The position numbers and the translations under genes were made by a program. A DNA stretch of 64,000 bases from an uncultured Gemmatimonadales bacterium (GTDB lineage: Bacteria > Gemmatimonadota > Gemmatimonadetes > Gemmatimonadales > Gemmatimonadaceae), in assembly GCA_963701965.1 (NCBI GenBank), contig OY969695.1:4704001-4768000 (forward strand), given 5' to 3'. The notes under the pieces were generated by a model. It was not told where the DNA came from. It worked only from the letters and a program-made list of their open reading frames with translations, and made no database searches. This document shows, piece by piece, positions 61,323 to 64,000 of the stretch; position 1 is the first letter of the stretch, and the number at the start of each line of letters is the position of its first letter.

Positions 61323-62646
61323 GACGCGCGGGGTGACGCTCGTAGATGTCGCGTCGCGAGAGGGGCAGCGCGACGCGACCCTGGGCGTCAGGCCGTCCGA
61401 AGAGCATCTGCGCCAGACTCAAATGTCCCGTCGCGAACGCGTGGGCCGATCCGGCCAGATAGAGACGGAACACCCGATAGGTGCGGGGACCGACCAATGA
61501 CTCGACCGCCCCGCGATGACGTTCCAGCCGGTGCATCCACTCGCGCAGGGTGTGCGCGTAGTGATCACGCAGCGTCTCCACGTCGCGCGTCTCCAAGCCG
61601 CAGGTCTCGGCGGCGTTGATGGCGTCGCCGAGGGGCACCAACTCGCCGTCGGGAAACACGTAGCGATCAATGAAGGCGCCGCTGCGCCACAGCACGTGAT
61701 CGCGCCACGTCCAGTGGTGGGAGGGCGGCGAGGCCACGATGCCGTGATTGAGCAGGAGCCCGCCGGGCACCAGCAGCGCGAAGAGCCGGCCGAAATACGA
61801 CCCGAGCATGGATCGGCCGACGTGCTCGAACATTCCGACGCTCGCGATCTTGTCGAATGGCGCGTCCGTGGCCAGATCGCGGTAGTCGCACACCTCGACG
61901 CGGCAGTGTGCGCCTAGTCCCAGCTCGCGAATGGCCGCGCCGGCCCACGCCGCCTGGCGTTCGCTCAGGGTGATGCCGAGCGCGTCGACGCCGTAGTGGC
62001 GGGCGGCGTGGCGGACGAGCGCACCCCATCCGCATCCGACATCGAGCAGGCGCTCGCCCGGCGCCAGCCGCAGCTTGCGGCAGATGTGATCGAGCTTCTG
62101 CGTCTGCGCCGCATCGAGACTCTCGTCACCTGTCTCGTAGTATGCGCAGGAGTAAGTGAGCGACCGGTCCAACCACAGGGCGTAGAATTCGTTGCCCAGG
62201 TCGTAGTGCGCGCATACCACCGTCGCGTCGCGGGCCGGTGAGTGGCGCCGGCCGTCGCGATGGGCCCCGTTGTGATCCGACGCGTCGGCCTCGCCGCGGC
62301 CGGCGCGCGGCAGACGGCGGGCGTGCGCGGCGATGCGCAGCAGCGGGCCGGGCGAGCTCAGGTGGGCATGCAATCGATCACGGACGGCCATCGCGGCTTC
62401 CATGTCGCCGTCGATCTCCAAGTCGCCATCGATCAGTGACTCCGCGAGGGCCAGCTCCGATGGCCGTGCGAAGGCCCGTCGCAACGCCGCGGCGTTGTTG
62501 ACCAGCAGCGTAAAAGCAGGGGGGCGGACCGGTGAGGAGTCCTCATCGCCGGTCCAGTACCGGATGGTGAACTCGCGCCCGGAGGGTGGCCCGAACACCA
62601 GCCGCGCCACCGTGCGGGCGTGCACGAGCGGTATATGGGCGCGCAT
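61270..62646 (-). CDS. cfa: Cyclopropane-fatty-acyl-phospholipid synthase family methyltransferase
   Basis: HYDLGNEFY, YSCAYY, LLDVGCGWG, SVGMFEHVG, FIDRYVFPDGEL, HYAHTL. Confidence 0.92.
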   Translation of the reverse strand: MRAHIPLVHARTVARLVFGPPSGREFTIRYWTGDEDSSPVRPPAFTLLVNNAAALRRAFARPSELALAESLIDGDLEIDGDMEAAMAVRDRLHAHLSSPGPLLRIAAHARRLPRAGRGEADASDHNGAHRDGRRHSPARDATVVCAHYDLGNEFYALWLDRSLTYSCAYYETGDESLDAAQTQKLDHICRKLRLAPGERLLDVGCGWGALVRHAARHYGVDALGITLSERQAAWAGAAIRELGLGAHCRVEVCDYRDLATDAPFDKIASVGMFEHVGRSMLGSYFGRLFALLVPGGLLLNHGIVASPPSHHWTWRDHVLWRSGAFIDRYVFPDGELVPLGDAINAAETCGLETRDVETLRDHYAHTLREWMHRLERHRGAVESLVGPRTYRVFRLYLAGSAHAFATGHLSLAQMLFGRPDAQGRVALPLSRRDIYERHPARLTETAAGGARATATGRC

Positions 62647-62710
62647 ACGATATCGGATCTTTGCCAAACTCGTGCCGCCCATCGCGCGCGGCGCCGTTGC
62701 TCCGGTCGAG

Positions 62711-63064
62711 TCAGGTCCAACGCCGGCTGAGGAGGGTGGCGAGCGGCTGGACGAGCGCCAGGGGATCGGCGTCGGGCTCAATGGCGATGGACACGTGACC
62801 CCACGTGGTGGGCACCACGAGCTGGTACATGCGGCCGTAGCGAATGAGCACGAATCGCAGGCCGCCGACATCAATGTTGCCGCGTTGGGTCGCCAACGTG
62901 AGAATCGTCGGATTGACGAGCAATTCTTCGTAGCGGTCGGACTCGGGACTGGATGCGCCCGCGCGATTCGGCCGGCTGCGCAATGTGAGCACGCCGGAGT
63001 TATAGGTGGCCACGTAGCGGACTACGGGAGACACCGCCAGGATCGCTTCGATGAGTGCATCCAC
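62711..63064 (-). CDS. Hypothetical protein (possible roadblock/profilin-like fold)
   Basis: 117-aa ORF VRYVATY..ESDRYEELLVNPTILTL..GGLRFVLIRYG..HVSIAIE. Confidence 0.65.
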   Translation of the reverse strand: MDALIEAILAVSPVVRYVATYNSGVLTLRSRPNRAGASSPESDRYEELLVNPTILTLATQRGNIDVGGLRFVLIRYGRMYQLVVPTTWGHVSIAIEPDADPLALVQPLATLLSRRWT

Positions 63065-63254
63065 GAGCAGGAAATCTAACGAGGCGGACGAGCGCGCTCA
63101 GCGTATTCTGGCCATCCGCCGCCTGTGGCGTCCTGTCTTGAACGCGCCACGCACGAGTTGAACGCAGCGACCCCGGAGTCGTCCCGGGATTCGGGAGTTT
63201 CGTCCCGCCGGTTCTCCGTGCTCCGTCCCAGTGCGCTACAATGTTGTTGTGCCG

Positions 63255-63938
63255 ATGCGAACGATCGTCACCGTCGCGCTCGTGCTGGGGACGAGCGCCG
63301 GCGGACAGCAGCCCACCGTCGTCGCGCTTGCCGCGGAGCCGAGCCATCACCACGTGATGACGACGGAGCGCGTGCGGGTGTTCGACGTCCGGGTCGCGCC
63401 CCACGCCACGACGCTCATCCACCGCCACGATGCCGACTATCTCTTCGTCGCGCTCGGCGCCTCGGACATCACCAGCGTCCCCGTGGGCGACACGGCGGTG
63501 CACCTGGTCTTGGCCGATGGCGACGTCCGGTACGCGAAGGGCGGCTTCGCGCACGCGGCGGCCAACAACAGTAGCCGGGTCTTTCACAACGAGACGATCG
63601 AGCTGGTGCAACCCGCGACGCACGTCGTCCGTTGTGCCAGCGCCTGTGGCGATACGGTGATGACGGCCGATCAGTGGGTGGTGCGGCGCGTCACCATCCC
63701 GGCGTCCGGTCATCTCACCGTCGCCCGACCGACCCTGGCCGTCGCCGTGTCGGATGTGCGTCTCTCGCTCGGGACCTCGTCCATGCGCGGTGCGCCGGGC
63801 ACCCTGGCATGGATCTCGGCGCAGCCGAGACCACCTAAACCGACGGCGGATCTGGCGACGCCCAGCGTCGCCCTGATCGATCGGGCCACCAACGTCGCGC
63901 CGACCGACGCCAGGGTCGTGCTGATCGTGTTTCGCTAG
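63255..63938 (+). CDS. Secreted cupin-like protein
   Basis: Signal peptide; EPSHHHV..VRVFDVRVAP..TLIHRHDADY..GGFAHAAAN. Confidence 0.7.
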   Translation: MRTIVTVALVLGTSAGGQQPTVVALAAEPSHHHVMTTERVRVFDVRVAPHATTLIHRHDADYLFVALGASDITSVPVGDTAVHLVLADGDVRYAKGGFAHAAANNSSRVFHNETIELVQPATHVVRCASACGDTVMTADQWVVRRVTIPASGHLTVARPTLAVAVSDVRLSLGTSSMRGAPGTLAWISAQPRPPKPTADLATPSVALIDRATNVAPTDARVVLIVFR

Positions 63939-64000
63939 TACACCCAGCTCTTCGTGTCGGCGCCGGGCGGTGCCGTCTTGATCATCCACTTCGCCATCTC
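63935..64000 (-). CDS. C-terminus of a gene entering from the right edge
   Basis: Open frame EMAKWMIKTAPPGADTKSWVY-stop. Confidence 0.45.
   Translation of the reverse strand, partial: EMAKWMIKTAPPGADTKSWVY

Noticed and set aside
1..64000. CRISPR array, IS element, prophage, tRNA or rRNA
   Set aside because: No regularly spaced repeats, transposase, integrase or phage ORFs, or RNA-gene signatures were seen by eye.

Overview
High-GC bacterial chromosomal window. The gene content most resembles Gemmatimonadota (inference from the PadR/ADOP permease pairs, SusC/SusD pair, expanded Ser/Thr kinases with an ECF sigma factor, LVIVD proteins and BlaI/M56-HEAT). It is a mosaic of about 55 genes and gene remnants; I saw no rRNA, tRNA, CRISPR array or transposase. 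Recognisable genes are icmF, bluB, cls, an alpha carbonic anhydrase, an ACT-less pheA, ilvD, ligC, a TDO-like gene, an orphan hcp and cfa. Many genes carry single-base frameshifts (probably read errors), and several have large internal deletions. The most interesting signals are regulatory and too short for the ORF track. (1) A complete Cys-rich leader-peptide attenuator (promoter, 31-aa leader, 1:2, 2:3 and 3:4 hairpins) precedes a SusC/SusD pair. (2) A Phe-rich attenuator precedes a prephenate dehydratase that lacks its ACT domain. (3) In a BlaI / BlaR1-like M56-HEAT / exported HEAT module, both HEAT proteins end in the same WP(M/W)PWPRPRPFP tail, and a 15-bp putative operator recurs before blaI and before the third gene. 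(4) A palindromic operator-like box links a PadR gene to a distant orphan ADOP permease. (5) Leaderless promoter architecture is pervasive.
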